A stretch of DNA of 32,000 nucleotides, taken from the NCBI RefSeq assembly GCF_039383305.1, contig NZ_CP135009.1, positions 90,001-122,000 of the forward strand, given 5' to 3'. The position numbers were made by a program, and so were the translations under genes. The stretch comes from Candidatus Saccharimonadota bacterium. GTDB lineage: Bacteria > Pseudomonadota > Gammaproteobacteria > Enterobacterales > Enterobacteriaceae. Below the pieces are notes generated by a model. It searched no databases. It saw only the letters and a program-made list of their open reading frames with translations, and had not been told where the DNA came from. The first letter of the stretch is position 1, and each line of letters begins with the position of its first letter. Shown here one piece after another: positions 18,134 through 26,277 of this stretch.

Positions 18134-20971
18134 TTAAAAAAATTTTCTTTTTTCACCTATTCCATAAACGTTTGTAAAACATCTAGCGCAAATATTAGTA
18201 TTTTTAAAATTTTTTTTAAAATTTTCTACATATTGCCAACATCTTATACATTTTTTACCAATAGATTTTTTAATTAAAATTTTGCAATTTTTAATATATT
18301 TATTTTTTTTTAAGTTAATGGGCGCTATAATATAATTTTTAAGTTGAATTTGTGATACAGAAAAAAATATAGGTAATTCATTACTATTAATAATTCGTAA
18401 TAATTTTGAAATTTTAGAGGTGATATAAAAAATTATTTTTACTTCTGAATTACTAGAAATTTTTTTTTTTTCTCTCTTTTTTTCGATATTTTTATGAACT
18501 TCTCTACGTAATAAAAATATAGTCTTCCAAAAATTAGAATTAAATATATTTTTTTGAATTGTTATATTAGGTAATTCATACCATTTTTCAAAAAAAATAT
18601 ATTTTTTATTTTTTTCGGGAACATAATTCCAAATTTCATCAGCAGTGAAAGATAGAATTGGTGAAATCCATCGTATTAAATACTCTAAAATGTGATACAA
18701 CGCAGTTTGTATACTTCGGCGTTCTAAACTATTTTTTTGAAACATGTACAATCTATCTTTTGTAATTTCAAAATATTTCGAACTTAATTGTATTGAGCAA
18801 AAATTTAAAATTTTTTTTATAACTATTTGAAAATTATAATGAGAATAATTTTTTATAATATTTTTTTGAAATTTTTTTGTAAGATTTAATATCCATTGAT
18901 CAATTTTTAACATTTTTAAGAATGTAATTGAATTTTTACTAGGAGTAAAATCATGTAAATTTGATAAAATAAAACGAATGGTATTTCGAATACGCCGATA
19001 ATATTCTGAAGTTTGTTGCATAACATATTCTGAAATAGACATTTCATTAGAATAATTTGTGTATGCAACCCATAATCTTAAAATATCAGCTCCCCATTTT
19101 TTTATAATTTCTTGAGGAGAAACAATATTACCTAATGATTTAGACATTTTTTGTTTTTTTTGGTCAACAACAAATCCATGTGTAATAATGTTATAATATG
19201 GAATTTGAGATTTAGTATATGTTGAAATAATTAAAGAAGACATAAACCATCCTCGATGTTGATCTGAACCTTCTAAACATAAATCTGAAATATAATTTTT
19301 TTTTTTTTTAATATTATATTTATAAATTTTTAATTGATGATTTGATCCGGATTCAAACCAAACATCGATAATATCATTAACTTTTTGATATTCTGAAGAA
19401 TTTTTTTTTAAAAGTTTTTTAGGTTTTAAATTCCACCATATTTGACTACCTTTTTTTTTAACTATTTTAGAAAAATTTTTTAAAATTGAAACAGTATTGG
19501 GATGTAAAGTAAAATTTTTTTTATGAATAAATAAAGGAAGAGGTATACCCCATATTCTTTGGCGAGAAATGCACCAATCAGGTCGATTTTTTATCATTAA
19601 TTTCATTTTTTTTTTCCCCCATTGAGGAACCCAATTAATTAAATTAATGTTTTTAAGTATTTTTTTTTTTAATGGATTTTGATGAATTTTTATAAACCAT
19701 TGAGGGGTTGCTCGAAAAATAATAGGAGTTTTATGTCTCCAACAATGAGGGTATTGATGTAAAATTTCTTTAACGAATAAAAATTGATTTTTATTTTTTA
19801 GTATTTTTATAATAATTTTAGAACTTTTAAAAATATGAATTTTATTTAAATAAGAATTTTGAGGATTTTTATAGATTCCATAAGAATTAATCATATGAAT
19901 TGGATTAATTTTATATTTTTTACAAATTATAAAATCTTCTAATCCATGATCAGGTGACATTTGAACTATACCAGTACCTAAAGTATTAGTAATATGTTCA
20001 GAAAATATAATTGGAATTTTTTTTTTTGTGATAGGATGACATACATATAAATTTTTAAATTTTTTTCCAGGTACATTATCAACAATTTTATATTGATTAG
20101 TATTTATTTCTTTAAGAAAATTATGTATTAAATTTTTAGCACAAATAAAAAATGATTTTTTAATAATAAATATTGTATATTGAATGTTAGGATTTATTGC
20201 AATAGCTTGACAAGTAGGAATGGTCCAAATTGTAGTAGTATATATAATAAAAGAAAATTTTTGTAAAGTATTTTTATTTTGAGTTTTTTTAGTAATTTTT
20301 TGAAGAAATTTTTGAGATTGAAAAATTTTCAAAGTAAAAAAAATTGTTTGACATTTTTTCGATAAATATTCTATTTCAGCTTCAGCTAATGAAGATTGAC
20401 AATCCATACACCAATAAATAGGTTTAAAATCTCTATATAAATTTTTTTTTTGAATAATTTTTGATAAAGTTAAAATAGTATTTGCTTCATTTTCATAATT
20501 CATAGTTAAATTAGAATTATTCCAATCAGCTAAAATACCTAATCTTTTAAAATCTTTTTTTTGTTTTTTAATTTGTTGAAGAACATATTGACGACAAATT
20601 TTATGAATTTTTGGAATATTTAAAATTTTTTCTTTAAATTTTATTTTTTTTTCAATTTTGTGTTCAATTGGTAATCCGTGACAATCCCAACAAGGAATAA
20701 AAGGAGCATAAAAATTGGATAATCTTTTTGATTTTAAAATTATATCTTTTAAAATTTTATTAACAGCATGTCCTAAATGAATATTACCATTAGCATATGG
20801 GGGACCATCATGCAAGAAAAAAGATTTTTTATAATTTTTTTGGTTGTTTAGATATGTATAAATTTTTTCATTTTTCCATTTTTTTAAAATATCGATTTCT
20901 TTAGAAATCAAATTAGCTTTCATAGAAAATTTTGTTTTTGGTAAATTAATGTTATTATTATTAAAATGCAT
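18134..20971 (-). CDS. ileS: isoleucyl-tRNA synthetase
   Basis: The 945-aa product has NLPKT.F.M.A.L, the class I HIGH motif region F.LHDGPPYANG.IHLGHAVNKILKDII.KSK and PGWDCHGLPIE-like PCWDCHGLPIE. It also has the KMSKS motif (KQKMSKSLGN) and the C-terminal zinc cluster C.RCW....C.RC. E. coli IleS is 938 aa. Confidence 0.97.
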   Translation of the reverse strand: MHFNNNNINLPKTKFSMKANLISKEIDILKKWKNEKIYTYLNNQKNYKKSFFLHDGPPYANGNIHLGHAVNKILKDIILKSKRLSNFYAPFIPCWDCHGLPIEHKIEKKIKFKEKILNIPKIHKICRQYVLQQIKKQKKDFKRLGILADWNNSNLTMNYENEANTILTLSKIIQKKNLYRDFKPIYWCMDCQSSLAEAEIEYLSKKCQTIFFTLKIFQSQKFLQKITKKTQNKNTLQKFSFIIYTTTIWTIPTCQAIAINPNIQYTIFIIKKSFFICAKNLIHNFLKEINTNQYKIVDNVPGKKFKNLYVCHPITKKKIPIIFSEHITNTLGTGIVQMSPDHGLEDFIICKKYKINPIHMINSYGIYKNPQNSYLNKIHIFKSSKIIIKILKNKNQFLFVKEILHQYPHCWRHKTPIIFRATPQWFIKIHQNPLKKKILKNINLINWVPQWGKKKMKLMIKNRPDWCISRQRIWGIPLPLFIHKKNFTLHPNTVSILKNFSKIVKKKGSQIWWNLKPKKLLKKNSSEYQKVNDIIDVWFESGSNHQLKIYKYNIKKKKNYISDLCLEGSDQHRGWFMSSLIISTYTKSQIPYYNIITHGFVVDQKKQKMSKSLGNIVSPQEIIKKWGADILRLWVAYTNYSNEMSISEYVMQQTSEYYRRIRNTIRFILSNLHDFTPSKNSITFLKMLKIDQWILNLTKKFQKNIIKNYSHYNFQIVIKKILNFCSIQLSSKYFEITKDRLYMFQKNSLERRSIQTALYHILEYLIRWISPILSFTADEIWNYVPEKNKKYIFFEKWYELPNITIQKNIFNSNFWKTIFLLRREVHKNIEKKREKKKISSNSEVKIIFYITSKISKLLRIINSNELPIFFSVSQIQLKNYIIAPINLKKNKYIKNCKILIKKSIGKKCIRCWQYVENFKKNFKNTNICARCFTNVYGIGEKRKFF

Positions 20972-21209
20972 AATTTTCTCATTTTCATAATTTTTTTAGA
21001 AAAAATATATTATATTTTTTAATAAAAAATTATATTTTAATTTATAATATATTTTTTTATAAAAAATTTTTATTAATAGTAAAATTTTAAAAAAATATAA
21101 ATTTTATATTTATATTTTTATCATAACATGCTTATATAAATATTTTTTTATAAAATATTTCATTTTTTATTTAAAAAATATTTATTAAATTATTAAAGAG
21201 AATATACAA

Positions 21210-21479
21210 TTGGCAAATATTAAATCGGCAAAAAAAAGAATTCTTATTTCAGAAAAAAAAAGAAAAATTAACGTGAGTATGCGCTCAAAAGTTAAAACTT
21301 TTATAAAAAAGGTATTAATTTCGATTAAAAATAATCGTATGCAAGAAGCACAAAAAAATTTTAAAATTTTACAACCTATTTTGGATCGAAGTGTTTCTAA
21401 AGGAGTTATTCATAAAAATAAATCTTCTCGTTATAAATCCAATTTAATATCAAAAATTAAAAAAATAAAAAATATTTAA
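21210..21479 (+). CDS. rpsT: 30S ribosomal protein S20, TTG start
   Basis: (M)ANIKSAKKR...SEK.RK.N.S.RS...TFIKKV and ...Q..F...QPI.DR...KG.IHKNK..R.KSNL...I match E. coli S20 ([35 protein letters not shown]..). The frame is closed by TAA at 21186-21188, so no in-frame ATG is available. AAAGAG lies 9 nt upstream of TTG 21210. Confidence 0.93.
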   Translation: [89 protein letters not shown]

Positions 21480-21498
21480 ATATATTTTTTTTAAAAGA

Positions 21499-21563
21499 GC
21501 GAGGGAATTTTAGTATTGTGGCTATGAAATTAATTATTCATAGTTTACAATACTTTCTCTCGC
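21499..21563 (+). other. 65-nt extended imperfect hairpin filling the rpsT/dnaJ convergent spacer (terminator and/or structured RNA)
   Basis: The paired segments are 21499-21507 with 21555-21563 (9 bp, including one G.U), 21512-21519 with 21547-21554 (8 bp, AGTATTGT/ACAATACT), two G.U pairs (21520-21521 with 21545-21546), and 21522-21529 with 21536-21543 (8 bp). The loop is TTAATT. The three G.U pairs exist only in a + strand transcript. Confidence 0.55.
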
Positions 21564-21571
21564 ATAATAAA

Positions 21572-22708
21572 TTATTTTGTTAAATTATCAAAAAATCTTT
21601 TTACACTATTAAAAAATCTTTTCGATTTAGGGCTATTACTTTTTCCTTTTAGTTCTCCGAAACTTTTTCCTAATTTATATAATAATTTTTTTTGAGATAA
21701 ATTTAAATTTACAGGAGTTTCTACAATAATTTTACAAAATAAATCACCTAAAATACCATTTCTAACGGAACGAATACCTTTACCACGAATTCTAAATAAT
21801 TTACCAGATTGAGTTTCATGAGGAATTTTGAAATTTATACGTCCTTCTAAGGTAGGAATTTCTATTTCTCCACCTAAAGAAGCCATAACAAAATTAATAG
21901 GTACTTCACAATGTAAATTATTATCTTCTCTTTCAAAAATAGGATGTTTTTTTACATGTACTTGTATATATAAATCTCCGGAACGCGCACCATTTAATCC
22001 TGCTTCTCCTTCATTATTTAATCTAATTCTATCGTTAGTATCAATACCAGCAGGTATTTTAACGGAAATTTTTTTTGATTTTTTAGTTCTTCCTTGTCCG
22101 TTACAAGTAGAACATGGATTTTGAATAATTTTTCCTTTTCCTTCACAAGAAGGGCAACTTTGTTGTACACTAAAAAATCCTTTACGAATATGTATTTGTC
22201 CATTTCCGTGACAATTAGAACAAATGATGGGTTTAGTTCCATTAGAAGCTCCTGTACCGTAACAAGAATTACATTTTGTTAAGGTAGGAATATATATCTC
22301 TTTGTAAATACCTTTTACGGCTTCTTCTAATGTTAGATCTAAATTATATTGTAAATCAGATCCTTTGGTTTTTTTTTGTGTTTTTGTACTCCCAAATATA
22401 TCTCCAAATACATCTCCAAAAATATCACTAAAATCAGATGTAGATGTTCGAAAACTATTTGTAAAATTATTATTTGAAGAATTTTGTTCAAAAGCAGAAT
22501 GACCATATTGGTCATATAGTTTTCTTTTTTTAGAATCACTTAAGATTTCATATGCTTCTTTAATTTCTTTAAATTTTTTTTCTGCTTGCTTATTACCTTG
22601 GTTTTTATCGGGATGGTATTTCATAGCAAGTTTTTTATAAGCTCTTTTAATATTTAAAGTATTTGCCGTATTAGATATATTCAATGTTTGATAGTAATCT
22701 TTTTTCAT
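21572..22708 (-). CDS. dnaJ: chaperone DnaJ (Hsp40)
   Basis: It has a J domain with YHPDKN (HPD) and a G/F-like region ([12 protein letters not shown]). Four CxxCxGxG zinc-finger repeats are present ([32 protein letters not shown]). It is 378 aa and lies downstream of dnaK. Confidence 0.97.
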   Translation of the reverse strand: MKKDYYQTLNISNTANTLNIKRAYKKLAMKYHPDKNQGNKQAEKKFKEIKEAYEILSDSKKRKLYDQYGHSAFEQNSSNNNFTNSFRTSTSDFSDIFGDVFGDIFGSTKTQKKTKGSDLQYNLDLTLEEAVKGIYKEIYIPTLTKCNSCYGTGASNGTKPIICSNCHGNGQIHIRKGFFSVQQSCPSCEGKGKIIQNPCSTCNGQGRTKKSKKISVKIPAGIDTNDRIRLNNEGEAGLNGARSGDLYIQVHVKKHPIFEREDNNLHCEVPINFVMASLGGEIEIPTLEGRINFKIPHETQSGKLFRIRGKGIRSVRNGILGDLFCKIIVETPVNLNLSQKKLLYKLGKSFGELKGKSNSPKSKRFFNSVKRFFDNLTK

Positions 22709-22740
22709 ATAATTTTCTTCTGTCTAATAATTTAAATACT

Positions 22741-22777
22741 TAACGGGTGTGAAATTAGAGTATTATTACACCCGTTA
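22741..22777 (-). promoter_or_regulatory. perfect 10-bp stem / 17-nt loop hairpin inside the dnaK-dnaJ intercistronic spacer
   Basis: TAACGGGTGT (22741-22750) and ACACCCGTTA (22768-22777) are perfect complements (5 G/C pairs). The hairpin lies 60 nt after the dnaK stop and 33 nt before the dnaJ ATG. On the - strand it is followed by AGTATTTAAATTATT. Confidence 0.5.
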
Positions 22778-22836
22778 GGACATCTTAAAAATAATAAAAT
22801 TTATAATTTTTTTTATATATTAAAAACATTATAGAA

Positions 22837-24744
22837 TTATTTTTTTGGTTTTTCTTTAATTTCTTCAAATTCAGCATCAGTTACTGTTTCATTATTTTTT
22901 TTTGTAGGTTTTTTTTCTGAAGAATTTTGAGTTGTTTGTTCTAAATTATTAAATTTAGAATTTAATTGTAATATTATTTTAATATTTTTTTCTATTTCTT
23001 CTTTATTTTCTTTTTGTAAAGTCTCATCTAAAATTTTTAATGCGTTTTCAATTTCAGTTTTGTCTTGATCTGATAATAAATTTTTATATTTTTCTAATTG
23101 AGTTTTGGTACTATGAGAAATTTGATCTCCTTGATTTCTAATTTTGATTAATTCTTCAAATTGTAAGTCTTTTTCAGAATTTTCTTGCGCTTCTGTAATC
23201 ATTTTTTTAATTTCATCTTCGTTTAAACCTGAAGATGCTTTAATTGTAATTTTTTGTTCTTTATTTGTAGCTTTATCTTTAGCTGAGACATGTAAAATTC
23301 CATCTGCATCTATATCAAAAGTCACTTCTATTTGTGGTATTCCTCGTGGTGCCGCTTGAATACCATCTAAATTAAATTGTCCTAAAGATTTATTATCTGA
23401 AGATCTTTTACGTTCTCCTTGTAACACATGAATAGTAACCGCAGATTGATTATCTTCAGCTGTAGAGAAAATTTGACTATGTTTAGTTGGAATTGTAGTA
23501 TTTTTTCCAATTAAAGTTGTCATAACTCCTCCCATTGTCTCTATTCCTAATGATAATGGTGTTACATCTAATAATAAAACATCTTTAACATCTCCAGATA
23601 ATACACCTCCTTGTACTGCTGCTCCTACTGCCACTGCTTCATCAGGATTTACATCTTTACGTGGATCTTTTCCAAAAAATTCTGCAACTTTTTTTTGGAC
23701 TAAAGGCATACGAGTTTGACCACCAACTAAAATAATATCTTGAATATCAGAAATCTTTAATTTAGCATCTTTTAATGCTTTTTTTAAAGGTTTCATAGAT
23801 CTAATTACTAGATCTTCTACTAAAGATTCTAACTTAGATCTTGTAACTTTAATATTTAAATGTTTCGGACCTTGAGAATTTGCTGTAATATAAGGTAAAT
23901 TTACATCAGTTTGTTGAGCAGAAGAAAGTTCAATTTTAGCTTTTTCTGAAGCTTCTTTTAATCTTTGCATTGCTAAAGAATCATTTCTTAAATCAATACC
24001 TTGTTCTTTTTGGAATTCTTCAACTAAAAAATTAATTAATCGATTATCGAAATCTTCACCACCTAAATGTGTATCTCCATTAGTTGCTAAAACTTCAAAT
24101 GTTTTTTCTTTATCTACATCATCAATTTCAATAATTGAAATATCAAAAGTTCCACCACCTAAATCATAGACAGCAATTATACGATTTCCTTTACCTTTAT
24201 CTAATCCATATGCTAATGCAGCAGCTGTAGGTTCATTAATAATTCTTTTTACTGTTAATCCTGCTATTCTTCCGGCATCTTTTGTAGCTTGACGTTGTGC
24301 ATCATTAAAATATGCTGGAACGGTTATAACTGCTTCTGATACTTTTTCTCCTAAATAATCTTCTGCAGTTTTTTTCATTTTTTTTAAAACTTCAGCAGAA
24401 ATTTGTGGTGGAGCTATATTTTCATTATTAACTTTTATCCATGCATCTCCATTTTCTGATTGTGAAATTTCATAAGGCATTATTTTTATATCTCTTTGTA
24501 CTTCTTCATCTTGAAATTTTCTACCAATTAATCTTTTAATAGCAAATAGAGTATTTTTGGGATTTGTTATAGCTTGTCTTTTAGCGGGTTGACCTACTAA
24601 AATTTCATTTTCACGAGTATAAGCAATTACTGAAGGAGTAGTTCTTTCTCCTTCTGAATTTTCTAATACGCGTGCTGAATTACCATCCATAATAGCAATA
24701 CAAGAATTTGTAGTTCCTAGATCTATTCCAATAATTTTACTCAT
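22837..24744 (-). CDS. dnaK: chaperone DnaK (Hsp70)
   Basis: The 635-aa product begins [18 protein letters not shown]. It carries [99 protein letters not shown] and [19 protein letters not shown]. It is the most conserved and most G+C-rich gene in the window. Confidence 0.99.
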   Translation of the reverse strand: MSKIIGIDLGTTNSCIAIMDGNSARVLENSEGERTTPSVIAYTRENEILVGQPAKRQAITNPKNTLFAIKRLIGRKFQDEEVQRDIKIMPYEISQSENGDAWIKVNNENIAPPQISAEVLKKMKKTAEDYLGEKVSEAVITVPAYFNDAQRQATKDAGRIAGLTVKRIINEPTAAALAYGLDKGKGNRIIAVYDLGGGTFDISIIEIDDVDKEKTFEVLATNGDTHLGGEDFDNRLINFLVEEFQKEQGIDLRNDSLAMQRLKEASEKAKIELSSAQQTDVNLPYITANSQGPKHLNIKVTRSKLESLVEDLVIRSMKPLKKALKDAKLKISDIQDIILVGGQTRMPLVQKKVAEFFGKDPRKDVNPDEAVAVGAAVQGGVLSGDVKDVLLLDVTPLSLGIETMGGVMTTLIGKNTTIPTKHSQIFSTAEDNQSAVTIHVLQGERKRSSDNKSLGQFNLDGIQAAPRGIPQIEVTFDIDADGILHVSAKDKATNKEQKITIKASSGLNEDEIKKMITEAQENSEKDLQFEELIKIRNQGDQISHSTKTQLEKYKNLLSDQDKTEIENALKILDETLQKENKEEIEKNIKIILQLNSKFNNLEQTTQNSSEKKPTKKNNETVTDAEFEEIKEKPKK

Positions 24745-24837
24745 GATATGTTATCCTAATAATAAATCAGATTAATATATAAACATTATATGTTTATTAA
24801 CTTTTAAAATTTTTATTTTTTAAAAGGAATACTATTT

Positions 24838-24867
24838 TAATGGGGTCATTTTATGTAGCATCAAGGG
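24838..24867 (-). promoter_or_regulatory. sigma-32 (RpoH) heat-shock promoter of dnaK
   Basis: The minus strand reads TTTTA-CCCTTGAT-gctacataaaatga-CCCCATTA. The -35 element is at 24867-24860, the spacer is 14 nt, and the -10 element is at 24845-24838. The E. coli sigma-32 consensus is CCCTTGAA-N13-17-CCCCATnT, and E. coli dnaK P1 has CCCTTGATG...CCCCATTT (from memory). It lies about 94 nt upstream of the dnaK ATG. These are the only C/G clusters in the 303-bp spacer. Confidence 0.75.
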
Positions 24868-25047
24868 TAAAATAAAAATATAATTTTTTTAAAAAAAATG
24901 TTATAAAGTTTAAATATTTTTTTAATATTTTTAGAAATATTTTAGTTTTTTTGTAATATATTAAATATAATATAATTTTAAAATAAATATTTTAATAGAT
25001 ATTTAAAATTATAAAATGAATAAAATTTTATTAGAATAGGTTTCTTT

Positions 25048-25389
25048 ATGGAAAATTATAATTTTTTATATTTTGTATTATTTAGTATTAGTTTAGGTAT
25101 TTTAATTTTGTTATTAAGTTTTTTTTTAGGCGTAAAATCTATTTCTAGATATAAGAATTTTCCTTTTGAATCTGGTATGCCATCTTTGTATACTGCTAGA
25201 TTTCAAATTTCTATTGAATTTTATATAATAGCAATTTTATTTGTGATTTTTGATACAGATATTTTATATTTATATACGTGGGCTATTAGTATTAAAGAAT
25301 GTGGTTGGATAGGATTTTTAGAGGCAAGTTTTTTTATTATATTTTTATTAATAACTTTATTGTATTTAATACGGATTAAAATTATTTAA
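25048..25389 (+). CDS. nuoA: NADH-quinone oxidoreductase subunit A (short form, 113 aa)
   Basis: K(N)FPFESG, FY..A..FVIFD.(D/E).LYL..WA.SI.E.GW.GF.EA..FI and L.YL.RI match E. coli NuoA. There are three hydrophobic segments. It is the first gene of the nuoABCDEFG order. Confidence 0.88.
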   Translation: MENYNFLYFVLFSISLGILILLLSFFLGVKSISRYKNFPFESGMPSLYTARFQISIEFYIIAILFVIFDTDILYLYTWAISIKECGWIGFLEASFFIIFLLITLLYLIRIKII

Positions 25390-25467
25390 GCAAATTATTT
25401 TAGTATTTGAAAATTTTTAATAATTTTAATTTAGGTATTTTTTATAATATTTTAAAATGAGTATTTT

Positions 25468-26115
25468 ATGAAATATACATTAACATCAGCTATATATAAA
25501 AATAATGCAAGAATAAAAAAAAAAAAAAATACACTAAATCCATTTAAAGAATTTATAAAAAAAAATTATTTTTTTGGAAAATTATCACAGTATTTACATA
25601 ATTTAATTAATTGGGGGCGTAGAAATTCTTTATGGCCTTATAATTTTGGGTTATCTTGTTGTTATGTTGAAATGGTCAGCGCTTTTACTTCAGTACATGA
25701 TATTTCACGTTTTGGATCAGAAGTATTACGTACTTCTCCTCGTCAGGCTGATTTTATTGTGATAGCAGGAACGCCATTTTTGAAAATGGTGCCTATAATA
25801 CAACGTATTTATGATCAAATGTTAGAGCCTAAATGGGTAATTTCAATGGGTTCTTGTGCAAATTCAGGTGGTATGTATGATGTATATTCTGTTGTTCAAG
25901 GTGTTAATAAATTCTTACCAGTAGATGTTTATATTCCTGGTTGTCCACCTAGACCAGAAGCGTATATACAAGCTTTTATTTTATTACAAAATTTGATTAA
26001 ATTTGAAAAAAGACCTTTATCCTGGATTGTAGGAGATCAAAATGTTTATCAGGCTAATATGAAATCAGAAAAGTTTAAAAGAAGAAAAAAACGTATTTTA
26101 ATGAAAAATATTTAA
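25468..26115 (+). CDS. nuoB: NADH-quinone oxidoreductase subunit B
   Basis: MKYTLT.., [90 protein letters not shown] and RPLSW.VGDQ.VY.ANM.SE are nearly identical in blocks to E. coli NuoB. Confidence 0.97.
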   Translation: MKYTLTSAIYKNNARIKKKKNTLNPFKEFIKKNYFFGKLSQYLHNLINWGRRNSLWPYNFGLSCCYVEMVSAFTSVHDISRFGSEVLRTSPRQADFIVIAGTPFLKMVPIIQRIYDQMLEPKWVISMGSCANSGGMYDVYSVVQGVNKFLPVDVYIPGCPPRPEAYIQAFILLQNLIKFEKRPLSWIVGDQNVYQANMKSEKFKRRKKRILMKNI

Positions 26116-26277
26116 AAAAAAATATTTTTTATTAAGAAATATTTTTAATTATAAATTTTAAGAATATATTTATTAAAGATAGTGTTATGTAAAATTTTTA
26201 GAAAATATGAAAAATATAACATGTTAATTTTTTAGTAAATTTTTAAATTTTAGAAAATTAGTGAGAATCAGTTAAAA

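Noticed and set aside
21828-23359. ORFs antisense or alternate-frame in dnaJ and dnaK (21828..22124+, 22018..22242-, 22094..22282+, 22339..22539-, 23144..23359+)
   Set aside because: They sit inside the most conserved and G+C-richest genes, where stop codons in other frames are rarer. They have no start context and no family resemblance.
24779-24797. Small A/T hairpin (8-bp stem, 3-nt loop) in the dnaK 5' leader
   Set aside because: It has only one G/C pair, so its stability would be marginal. It is indistinguishable from background A/T self-complementarity.
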